From positions 1 to 60,575 of the forward strand of contig CAYOXB010000004.1 of NCBI GenBank assembly GCA_964407835.1: a stretch of DNA of 60,575 nucleotides. The letters run 5' to 3'. The translations under genes and the position numbers were made by a program. Below the pieces are notes generated by a model, which saw only the letters and a list, made by a program, of their open reading frames with translations, was not told where the DNA came from and ran no database searches. Source of the stretch: an uncultured Bacteroidales bacterium (GTDB taxonomy: Bacteria > Bacillota_I > Bacilli_A > ML615J-28 > CAG-698). Positions within the stretch are counted from its first letter, which is position 1, and each line of letters starts with the position of its first letter. Shown here piece by piece: positions 37,210 through 45,505 of the stretch.

Positions 37210-38699
37210 TGAAATTACCAAAAGGTTTTAAAGGATTTACAACAAGCGAAGCTTATAAGCAAATAGAATATAAAAAAGTTGCTACTATTGAAGCTAGCAA
37301 TAAAGACAATAAGGTTTTAAAAAGTATTAGTGAAGCATTTGATAAGCTAAAAATTGTAGATGGAATGACTTTGTCTTTCCACCATCACTTAAGAAATGGT
37401 GATTTTGTCTTAAACTATTGTTTAGCGGAAATAAAAAAAAGAAATTTAAAAAACATTACTTTAGCACCTAGTTCAATCTTTCCTGTACACGAAGCTTTAA
37501 GTGAACTCATAATTAATAAAAATGTTACAACGATTTATACTAACTATTTAAATGGTAGTGTTGCAAATACAATTAATGATGGTTTTCTAGAAGGTTTACT
37601 TATTATGGATACTCACGGGGGAAGAAGTGTAGCAATCGAGGCTGGAGAAATTGTAATTGATGTAGCTTTTATTGCAACTCCTACAGCTGATAAACTTGGC
37701 AATGGCCACGGCAGAAGTGGTAAAAGCGCATGTGGGTCTTTAGGATATGCTATTCCTGATATGTTATACGCGAAGAGTAAAGTAGTAGTAACTGATAATT
37801 TAGTTGATAGTGTAGAAAACCCTGAAATAAAAGATAAATATATTGATTATGTTGTAGAGATTGAAGCAATTGGAGACCAACAAAGAATAGTTAGCGGTAC
37901 TACGAAAATTACAACTGATCCAATTGGTTTAAGGATTGCAGAAGATACAGCAAAACTAATTAATGAACTTGGCTTAATAAAAAATGGGTTTTCAATGCAA
38001 ACTGGTGCAGGGGGGACGTCCCTTGCAGTTAGCGATTTTATTAAAAAAATAATGAAAGAGCAAAATGTAAAGGCTAAATTTGCAAGTGGTGGTATAACTG
38101 GCTATTTTGTAGATATGCTTGAAGAACATTTAGTTGAAGATTTATATGATGTTCAATGTTTTGATTTAGCTGCTGTTAAAAGTTTAGAAAAAAACAAAAA
38201 TCATCATGCAATTAGTGCTTTTGATTATGCTAATCCCTATCATGATCCAGTTGTAAATAAACTTGATTTAGTTATTTTGGGAGCTACTGAAATTGATTTA
38301 AACTTCAATGTCAATGTAACTACAGGATCAAATGGAATTATTATGGGTGGAAGTGGTGGTCATGCAGATACAGCACATGGTGCTGGAGTAAGTATAATTG
38401 TTAGTCCTTTAATTAAGACAAGAATTCCAATCATTAAAGATAGAGTTACTACAATAACTACACCTGGTGAAGATATTGATGTATTTGTAACTGAATATGG
38501 AATTGCAATTAATCCAAAAAGAAAAGATTTACTAAAAAAGATAAAAAATACAAAACTTAAAATAAAAACTATTGAAGAACTCTATAATGAAGCTCATGAT
38601 ATAACATCAATTCCTAAAAAACTAATAAAAACCGATAAAGTAATTGGTTTAGTTAGGTATAGGGATATGAGCATTATCGATTGTATTTATAAAAAGTAG
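37206..38699 (+). CDS. citF: Citrate/citramalate-lyase-type alpha subunit (CoA/ACP transferase)
   Basis: SFHHHLRNGD, THGGR, CGSLGY, QTGAGG, DVQCFD, GGSGGHADTA. Confidence 0.92.
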   Translation: MMKLPKGFKGFTTSEAYKQIEYKKVATIEASNKDNKVLKSISEAFDKLKIVDGMTLSFHHHLRNGDFVLNYCLAEIKKRNLKNITLAPSSIFPVHEALSELIINKNVTTIYTNYLNGSVANTINDGFLEGLLIMDTHGGRSVAIEAGEIVIDVAFIATPTADKLGNGHGRSGKSACGSLGYAIPDMLYAKSKVVVTDNLVDSVENPEIKDKYIDYVVEIEAIGDQQRIVSGTTKITTDPIGLRIAEDTAKLINELGLIKNGFSMQTGAGGTSLAVSDFIKKIMKEQNVKAKFASGGITGYFVDMLEEHLVEDLYDVQCFDLAAVKSLEKNKNHHAISAFDYANPYHDPVVNKLDLVILGATEIDLNFNVNVTTGSNGIIMGGSGGHADTAHGAGVSIIVSPLIKTRIPIIKDRVTTITTPGEDIDVFVTEYGIAINPKRKDLLKKIKNTKLKIKTIEELYNEAHDITSIPKKLIKTDKVIGLVRYRDMSIIDCIYKK

Positions 38700-38706
38700 G
38701 TAGAAT

Positions 38707-39675
38707 ATGGAATTTAAACTAGCTTTACTAGATTCTGAAAAAGAATTAATAAAAGAATTTTTAAATAAATTTTCACTTAGCTATGATCAAGATATTGATT
38801 ATAGCTTATATGTCGTTATTGACGAGAAAATTATTGGAACAATTTCTGCTAGTTTAAATATAATAAAAGCTTTTGCGGTTGATTTAGATTATCGTGGAAG
38901 TCTTGCAAGTACATTAATAAGTAGAGCAATTAATGAACTTTATAGAAGGGGTTATACGTTTTACCAAGTATATACAACACCTAATAATAAAGCTATGTTT
39001 GAAGCGATGAATTTCTATGAAATTATATCTTCAGAAAATGTAAGTTTACTAGAATCTAAAAATAGAGATATTATGGCTGAGTTAATTAGACTTAAAGATA
39101 AATATAAAGTAAATAGTAGTGATGTTGCTGCAATTGTAATGAATTGTAATCCTTTCACAAACGGTCATTTATATTTAATAACTGAAGCTAGTAAAAAACA
39201 TGAACAAGTTATTGTTTTTTTACTAGAAGAAGAAAAATCGATGTTTAGTTTTGCTTCTAGGTATGAGATGGTTTTAAAAGGTGTAGCTAGTCTAGATAAT
39301 GTTGTAGTAATACCTTCTAGTAATTATTTAATCTCAAGCCTTACTTTTCCAACTTACTTTCTAAAACAAGAAGACGAGAAAACATTTGAAGAAGCTAAAC
39401 TTGATGCTTTAATTTTTGAAAAATACTTTATTCCGATATTCAATATTAAAAAAAGATATCTTGGCAGTGAAGAAGATATCGTTACTAGTAAATATAATAA
39501 AGTTTTAAAAGAATATTTTGGTGATTTTATTGAAATAATTCCAAGAATTAAAAATAATGATAAATATATAAGTGCATCAATTGTAAGAAAGTATTTAGAA
39601 AACAAGGAATTTGAAAAGATTAAAGAAATAGTTCCTCTTACAACATATAGTTTTTTGAAGAGTAAATATGAATAA
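38707..39675 (+). CDS. citC: [Citrate lyase] ligase (acetate:SH-lyase ligase)
   Basis: N-terminal GNAT-like region; IVMNCNPFTNGHLYL, YLISSLTFPTYFLK, ISASIVR. Confidence 0.9.
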   Translation: MEFKLALLDSEKELIKEFLNKFSLSYDQDIDYSLYVVIDEKIIGTISASLNIIKAFAVDLDYRGSLASTLISRAINELYRRGYTFYQVYTTPNNKAMFEAMNFYEIISSENVSLLESKNRDIMAELIRLKDKYKVNSSDVAAIVMNCNPFTNGHLYLITEASKKHEQVIVFLLEEEKSMFSFASRYEMVLKGVASLDNVVVIPSSNYLISSLTFPTYFLKQEDEKTFEEAKLDALIFEKYFIPIFNIKKRYLGSEEDIVTSKYNKVLKEYFGDFIEIIPRIKNNDKYISASIVRKYLENKEFEKIKEIVPLTTYSFLKSKYE

Positions 39676-40924
39676 AGAAATCTTAATAGCAAGAGAACAA
39701 AGAAGTAAGCATATTCTTGAAGAATCAAGAAGTAATAAAGTTATTGTTATTAAAGCAAATATTGCTGGGGAAAATAAAAACTTATATTATAGTTCATTAA
39801 TTATTAAAACATTTCTAAAAGAAATAAAGAAGAGAATAGAATATAATGAAGTTGAACATTATTCAAGTTTAGATGGTAATTATTATTTAGTTACACTTTC
39901 TGGAAATTTAAAAGAAATTAAAAGAGTTTTAATAGACTTAGAAGACAATCATTTACTTGGAAGACTAGTTGACCTTGATTTATATTATGAAGGTAAGCAA
40001 ATTTCACGTAGAGACCTTGGAAATAGTTTTAGAAAATGTTTAATATGTAGTGATGATGCTATAATTTGTATGAAAACAAATAAACATAGTTTAGCTGAGG
40101 TCTTAAACAAAAGTGAACTCTTAGTTCATAACTATTTAAGTGAAATTATAACTACAAATTTAATTGAAGCTATTACCCTCGAAGCATCATTAGATCCTAA
40201 ATTTGGTCTTGTTACCAAGACCTCAAAAGGGTCACACTCGGATATGGACTTTGATTTACTTATGAAATCAAGAGACATAATAGTTCCTGATTTAGGTAGG
40301 ATGTTCTTTTTTGGAATAAATAATAACTTAGATGAAGCGTTCAAACTTAGCCGCAAACTTGGTATTTCTACAGAAGAAAGAATGTTTATGGTAACAAATG
40401 GTGTTAATACATATAAGGGTTTAATATTTCTACTTGGTATTGTTCTTACAACAATGGGTTATTTATTTAAAAATAAAAAACTAAGTTTATATGAAAGCAT
40501 AAAAGAACTTGGTAGGAATTTAGTAGCTGAACTAGATAGTGATTTAAATACATTTGGTGGTTATGCTTATAAAGAATATGGCTTTTTAGGTATAAGGGGC
40601 GAAGTTGCTAGTGGCCTAGTGAGCTTAAGAGATGTTACTAGAGATCTAAATAGCTTTAGTGATGAAGAATTAACTCTAGCTTTGATTAAGTTAATTGGGG
40701 CAAGTGAAGATACTGTATTACTAAGGCGCTCAGGTAGTTTGGGAAAATATGAGTTTTATAAAAACTTAGTAGTTAACATTAAAGAATATAATCTAGAAAA
40801 AATAGAAGAAGTAACTAGAATTTGTGTTGAAAACAATATTAGTTTTGGCGGAAGTGCAGATTTACTAGCAACTGCTATATTTATTAAACTAATGGAAAAG
40901 GATTTGGTTATAAAATATGGATAA
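39668..40924 (+). CDS. citXG: Fused holo-ACP synthase CitX / triphosphoribosyl-dephospho-CoA synthase CitG
   Basis: N-half: LIAREQR...LEDNHLLGRLVDLD...RKCLIC (CitX). C-half: PKFGLV...GSHSDMD, NTYKGLIF, GIRGE, SFGGSADLL (CitG). Confidence 0.88.
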   Translation: MNKEILIAREQRSKHILEESRSNKVIVIKANIAGENKNLYYSSLIIKTFLKEIKKRIEYNEVEHYSSLDGNYYLVTLSGNLKEIKRVLIDLEDNHLLGRLVDLDLYYEGKQISRRDLGNSFRKCLICSDDAIICMKTNKHSLAEVLNKSELLVHNYLSEIITTNLIEAITLEASLDPKFGLVTKTSKGSHSDMDFDLLMKSRDIIVPDLGRMFFFGINNNLDEAFKLSRKLGISTEERMFMVTNGVNTYKGLIFLLGIVLTTMGYLFKNKKLSLYESIKELGRNLVAELDSDLNTFGGYAYKEYGFLGIRGEVASGLVSLRDVTRDLNSFSDEELTLALIKLIGASEDTVLLRRSGSLGKYEFYKNLVVNIKEYNLEKIEEVTRICVENNISFGGSADLLATAIFIKLMEKDLVIKYG

Positions 40925-41693
40925 AAGACCAATTGGTGTATTTGATTCGGGAATTGGTGGAGTTAATGTTTTAAAAAGTTTAATAGAAGAGTTTCCTCAT
41001 GAAGACTTTATATATGTTGCAGATACTCTAAATGTACCTTATGGAACTAAATCAGCAAATGAAATTAAAAACTTAGTTGATAGAATTACTAAGTATTTAA
41101 TGAGTAATAATGCAAAGGCAATTGTTATTGCTTGTAATACAGCAACTACGCAAGCTGAACATTTATTTAATTTAGATAATTTAGTAGTTCTTGGTGTTAT
41201 TAAGCCAACAGCAGAAGATGCTTTAAAAAATTCAAAAAACATTTGTGTTCTAGCAACTAATGCAACAATTAAAGCAGGTGTATATCAAAATATTTTCCTT
41301 AAAGAAGGTAAAAATGTATTTCCTATTATGGGAAGTGAACTTGTCGATGCAATTGAAGCTGGCGAGATTGACAATGAATTATCCCATACATTAGTATATA
41401 ATCATTTAAAAGATTTAGTGAATGAAAAAATAGATACTATTGTACTGGGGTGTACTCATTTTGCTTTATATGAAAGAGAAGTAAAAAGTGTTTTAAAAGA
41501 TGCAAGAGTTGTTAATTCTGGCAAACCTACCAGTAAAGAATTAAGAAAAGTTTTAAGCAGAAAGAATTTACTTAATAAGAGTAAAGAAAAAGGAAGAGTT
41601 GACTTAAAGACAACTCTAGATAAAGAAAAGTTTGAAAAACAAATAGCAATATTTGATTTAAAATATAATAGTGTAGAAAAAATTAATATTTAA
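40917..41693 (+). CDS. murI: Glutamate racemase (catalytic motifs intact)
   Basis: IGVFDSGIGG, PYG, IACNTAT (Cys73), VLGCTHF; 8-bp overlap with citXG. Confidence 0.93.
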   Translation: MDKRPIGVFDSGIGGVNVLKSLIEEFPHEDFIYVADTLNVPYGTKSANEIKNLVDRITKYLMSNNAKAIVIACNTATTQAEHLFNLDNLVVLGVIKPTAEDALKNSKNICVLATNATIKAGVYQNIFLKEGKNVFPIMGSELVDAIEAGEIDNELSHTLVYNHLKDLVNEKIDTIVLGCTHFALYEREVKSVLKDARVVNSGKPTSKELRKVLSRKNLLNKSKEKGRVDLKTTLDKEKFEKQIAIFDLKYNSVEKINI

Positions 41694-41718
41694 AAAGAGC
41701 AGAAGTCTGCTCTTTTTT
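41692..41718. terminator. Bidirectional intrinsic terminator
   Basis: AAAAAGAGCAG-aagt-CTGCTCTTTTT between murI and the convergent hydratase genes. Confidence 0.85.
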
Positions 41719-42268
41719 ACTTTCTATTTGTATATTTACTTATACCTTCGCTTAATAAGTCATTTCCATGACTATCATAGGTTACAAAAGCTGTGAAATC
41801 TTCAACTTCAAGTTTATGGATTGCCTCAGCTCCAAGTTCAGGATAAGCAACAACTTCAGCTTTTTTGATTGATTTACTTATTAATGCTGCAGCACCGCCA
41901 ATAGCTGATAAATAAAGACCACCGTATTTTTTAAGTAATTCTTTAAATTCATCATCTCTTGGTCCTTTACCGATTGAAACTTTTATACCTTCTTTCATCA
42001 GGGCTTCTGCATATGGGTCCATTCGATAACTAGATGTTGGTCCAGCTGAGCCTATTGCTTGATGAGGTTTTGCGGGTGAAGGCCCTACATAGTAAATAAT
42101 AGTGTTTTGTGTTTCTATAGGTAGTTTTTCACCACTTGCTATTGTTTCAACCATTTTTTTATGGGCCGCATCTCTAGCGGTGTAAATTGTTCCTGTTATT
42201 GAAACTGTATCTCCTGCTTTTAGTTTCTTTATTTGTTCATCTGTAATTGGTGTTGTAAGTTTTATCAT
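41717..42268 (-). CDS. Class I fumarate hydratase / tartrate dehydratase family, beta subunit (candidate mesaconase)
   Basis: GTIYTARDAAH, IYYVGPSP, GPTSSYRM, IGKG, GGAAAL, EAIHKLEVEDF; ATG 42268 preferred (SD aggtga). Confidence 0.88.
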   Translation of the reverse strand: MIKLTTPITDEQIKKLKAGDTVSITGTIYTARDAAHKKMVETIASGEKLPIETQNTIIYYVGPSPAKPHQAIGSAGPTSSYRMDPYAEALMKEGIKVSIGKGPRDDEFKELLKKYGGLYLSAIGGAAALISKSIKKAEVVAYPELGAEAIHKLEVEDFTAFVTYDSHGNDLLSEGISKYTNRK

Positions 42269-42277
42269 AGTTATCAC

Positions 42278-43123
42278 CTAAATTGTAATTTCTTTATGTC
42301 TAGCAGCATGACACTGGATGTTTATTGCAACAGGAAGACTTGCAATATGGCATGGATAGGAGTTAACTTTAACTGCTAGAGCAGTTGTAGTTCCACCAAA
42401 CCCCATTGGTCCTACACCTAGATCATTTATTTCTTTTAGTAATTCTCTTTCAAGCTCGCGGTCTAACGGATTAGCTGCTTCATCATTAATTGGTCTAAAG
42501 ATAGCCTCTTTCGCAATTATAGCTGCTTTTTCTAGATTTCCGCCTATACCAATTCCTACTATTAATGGTGGACATGGTTTACCACCAGCACTAAAAATAG
42601 TATCAAGGACTAGTTTTTTAACTCCTTCTTTGCCATCTGCAGGAATTAGCATCTTCACAAGTGACATGTTTTCACTACCACCACCCTTAGGTGCAACTGA
42701 AATTCTTAGTTTATCACCTTCAGTTATTGATGTGTGAATAATAGCCGGGGTATTATCTTTTGTATTTATTCTTTCAAGCGGATGATTTACAACTGATTTA
42801 CGTAAATATCCTTCTGAGTAAGCTTCTCTAACTCCTTGATTAATTGCATCATAAATATTACCTTCGAAAATAATTTGATTACCAATTTCGATAAAAATAA
42901 CAACAATTCCAGTATCTTGACACATTGGTACGAATTCTCTTCTAGCAATTAAATCATTTTCTTCAATTTGTTTTAAGACTGTTTTACCTATTGAAGACTT
43001 TTCATCCTTAATGGCTTCTCTAATTTTTGTTAGAACATCTTCATCTAAATTATAGTTAGCATCTAATAATAGATCTTTAACTGCTTTTGTTACTTCATTT
43101 AAATTTAACTTTCGCATATTCAT
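42278..43123 (-). CDS. Class I fumarate hydratase / tartrate dehydratase family, alpha (Fe-S) subunit (candidate mesaconase)
   Basis: PMCQDTG, LRKSVV, NTKDNTP, KGGGSEN, KPCPP, GPMGFGG, CHIASLPVAINIQCHAARH. Confidence 0.9.
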   Translation of the reverse strand: MNMRKLNLNEVTKAVKDLLLDANYNLDEDVLTKIREAIKDEKSSIGKTVLKQIEENDLIARREFVPMCQDTGIVVIFIEIGNQIIFEGNIYDAINQGVREAYSEGYLRKSVVNHPLERINTKDNTPAIIHTSITEGDKLRISVAPKGGGSENMSLVKMLIPADGKEGVKKLVLDTIFSAGGKPCPPLIVGIGIGGNLEKAAIIAKEAIFRPINDEAANPLDRELERELLKEINDLGVGPMGFGGTTTALAVKVNSYPCHIASLPVAINIQCHAARHKEITI

Positions 43124-43418
43124 CTCCCAAATAAATTCTAATTACATTATATCACTTTTTGGTAGTTTATGTAATAACAAACTTCTTTATCTTCTTTTAC
43201 TACTTTTTAAGCCTAAATTTAAGTTTATAGGGCTTTTAAATTGGGATGTAAAATTAGTCATGCTTACTATTAAAAACGCTTCAAGGGCAATTTTAAGCCT
43301 TATTATTAGATTATAGAGCTAGTAGTTAAGAATAATAAACAATAAAACATTTTCTTAAAAAAATATGATAGCAGAAATAATAATCTTATGGTAAAATATA
43401 ATAAGTGAGGTAGTAATA

Positions 43419-44219
43419 ATGATTAAAAAAGCGATTGGGATTTTAGATAGTGGCTTTGGAGGTACTTTCATTTTGGAAGAACTTGCAAAGTACTATAAAA
43501 ATGAAAGATTTATTTATTTAAATGATTTAAAGCATTATCCATTTTATAATCGTCCTGAAGGTGATGCTCTTAATATTATTAAAAGTCATATTGATTTACT
43601 TCTGAAAGAAGATATTAAATTATTAATTGTTTTAAGTGATATTATTGTAGATATTGCTTTTGATTATTTACAAGAATTTAATATTCAAGTAATTAATATT
43701 GTAGATTTGCTTATTAATTATGTAAATAAAAACTATGAAAACAAAAATATTTGTCTTTTTGGGAAAACTGAAGTAATTGAAGCTAATCTATATCAAAAGA
43801 ATTTTAAGTATAATAGGCTTTATAATATTCCAAGTGAAGATTTAGAGTTATTTATCTTACAAAAGCAAACTAAAACATCACAATCTTTTAAAGCTGTTCA
43901 AGTAGCATTTAATCAAGTAAGAAAGAGATCAATTGATTGTATTGTTGCTTCTAGTCCTTATTTAATTGAGCTTAATACTGAATTAAAAGAACATTTGGAG
44001 TTTAATGAAATAACAAATTTAAAAGATATCATTATAGAAGATATTAACGAAAGAAGATATTTCCTTAATCCTAAGGGTAGGGGAAGTATTAATATTTTAA
44101 GTAATTTAGAAAAAAAAGAGTTTAGTAAACTCATTAAGTTTAAAAAACTTAAATATGATTATATAGATATTGAATATGACCAAAGGAAAAAAAGAGCAAA
44201 ACTTAATAAAGGTTTATAG
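43419..44219 (+). CDS. Glutamate racemase-like protein lacking both catalytic cysteines
   Basis: IGILDSGFGG and YP retained; ACNT replaced by LSDI and GCTH by SSPY; ORF is full length. Confidence 0.8.
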   Translation: MIKKAIGILDSGFGGTFILEELAKYYKNERFIYLNDLKHYPFYNRPEGDALNIIKSHIDLLLKEDIKLLIVLSDIIVDIAFDYLQEFNIQVINIVDLLINYVNKNYENKNICLFGKTEVIEANLYQKNFKYNRLYNIPSEDLELFILQKQTKTSQSFKAVQVAFNQVRKRSIDCIVASSPYLIELNTELKEHLEFNEITNLKDIIIEDINERRYFLNPKGRGSINILSNLEKKEFSKLIKFKKLKYDYIDIEYDQRKKRAKLNKGL

Positions 44220-44228
44220 ATTAAATAA

Positions 44229-44260
44229 AAAACCCATCTTAGTGAATAGTGATGGGTTTT
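44229..44260. terminator. Bidirectional intrinsic terminator
   Basis: AAAACCCATC...GATGGGTTTT between convergent genes. Confidence 0.75.
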
Positions 44261-44262
44261 AA

Positions 44263-44862
44263 TTATTTATAAATGATGTAATTCCAATCAGGATTAGCAT
44301 AATCTCTAATATTGGAATTTTCAAAAAATGGAAAGTGCTCTTCAGAAATTGGTTCGATTTCGCGCCATTCGCTCCATGGGTTACCACTATGGGTAAGTGG
44401 GCTATTCACAAACCAGTTACTAGTGGTATAGGCACTATTTGCGATGAAATAACGACCATTTGCAGTTACTACAGAATTAACTCTATAGTTTTTGTTTGCT
44501 TGCCACTCAAGTTCAATAGAAACAAATGCCCAAAGTGGGGGATTGTTTGAATCTGGTAGGCCGTGATAAGCTGGATTATATTCTGGGGATGTAGAAATAT
44601 ATAAATCATCTTCGAATTTAAATATTTGTCCTTCAGGAACAACTTGATTAATATTTTCTTCTTCAACCCATATATCCAAATCATAGTCGTCATAGATTGG
44701 AGGTGTAGTTTCTTCTTGATAATTCCAATCACCAATTGTAATTGATTTAGGCGGTAGAGATGAATTATTTAAGCTATCCGTATCCCAAAAAGCATAAGTT
44801 ACTCCAGATAAGCAAATTATGAATGTTATAATTGTAAATAGATATAATGCAAATCTTTTCAT
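44263..44862 (-). CDS. Secreted protein with SipW-cognate-like signal peptide and CBM5/12-like segment
   Basis: ...SGVTYAFWD...ITIGDW at the N-terminus; EWQANKNYRVNSVVTANGRYFIA resembles the W..Y..G..V...G..Y chitin-binding module. Confidence 0.55.
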   Translation of the reverse strand: MKRFALYLFTIITFIICLSGVTYAFWDTDSLNNSSLPPKSITIGDWNYQEETTPPIYDDYDLDIWVEEENINQVVPEGQIFKFEDDLYISTSPEYNPAYHGLPDSNNPPLWAFVSIELEWQANKNYRVNSVVTANGRYFIANSAYTTSNWFVNSPLTHSGNPWSEWREIEPISEEHFPFFENSNIRDYANPDWNYIIYK

Positions 44863-44936
44863 AACTTGCCTCCTTTTTTAAAACTATTTACTATTATACA
44901 ATAATTCATCCAAAAATGCTAGTTATATAATTTTAA

Positions 44937-44958
44937 AAAGCCAAGATAACTTGGCTTT
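44937..44958 (-). terminator. Intrinsic terminator of the lipoprotein gene
   Basis: AAAGCCAAG-ataa-CTTGGCTTT, with a T tract on the minus strand. Confidence 0.7.
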
Positions 44959-44963
44959 AAGTT

Positions 44964-45368
44964 TTACTTCTTTGCAGCATTTCCGTTAAATGCATTGACC
45001 ATCTCAGTTGGGTTTAAACCAATTGGGATTAAAAGACAATTGCCTCTAACTAATTCGCTTTTTTGTAGGTCTTTTACTAATCCTTTTAATGTTGAAGATT
45101 CTTCTAATTGTTTATTTAATTCTTTCGTAGATTGGAATTCTAAAACAACAGCAACGTTAAGTCCTTTTGTGAATACATGTGGTGTAACTTTGACATCATC
45201 TTCTTCAAATTCAGCAAGTAAAGGTTTAACAAGATCGTTTACTTTTTCGCTGTATTTATAATCAGCTTTTTCAAAATCTGATTTTACAGAATTAAAACTA
45301 CTACAACCAGCAAGAAGAACTAAACTAAATACTAAAGCTATAACAGCTAAAAATCTAAATTTCTTCAT
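44964..45368 (-). CDS. Small lipoprotein of unknown function
   Basis: MKKFRFLAVIALVFSLVLLAGC lipobox; SD ggagg before ATG 45368. Confidence 0.75.
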   Translation of the reverse strand: MKKFRFLAVIALVFSLVLLAGCSSFNSVKSDFEKADYKYSEKVNDLVKPLLAEFEEDDVKVTPHVFTKGLNVAVVLEFQSTKELNKQLEESSTLKGLVKDLQKSELVRGNCLLIPIGLNPTEMVNAFNGNAAKK

Positions 45369-45505
45369 TTTTATTCCTCCTTTATACAATTCATTATATA
45401 CCTTAATAGCAAGTATTGCAATGGTGTTTTACTATTAAAATTGATTCTTACTTGTAATTATTGTTTTATATAGTATAATAATATTAATATAATGAGGAAT
45501 GAATA

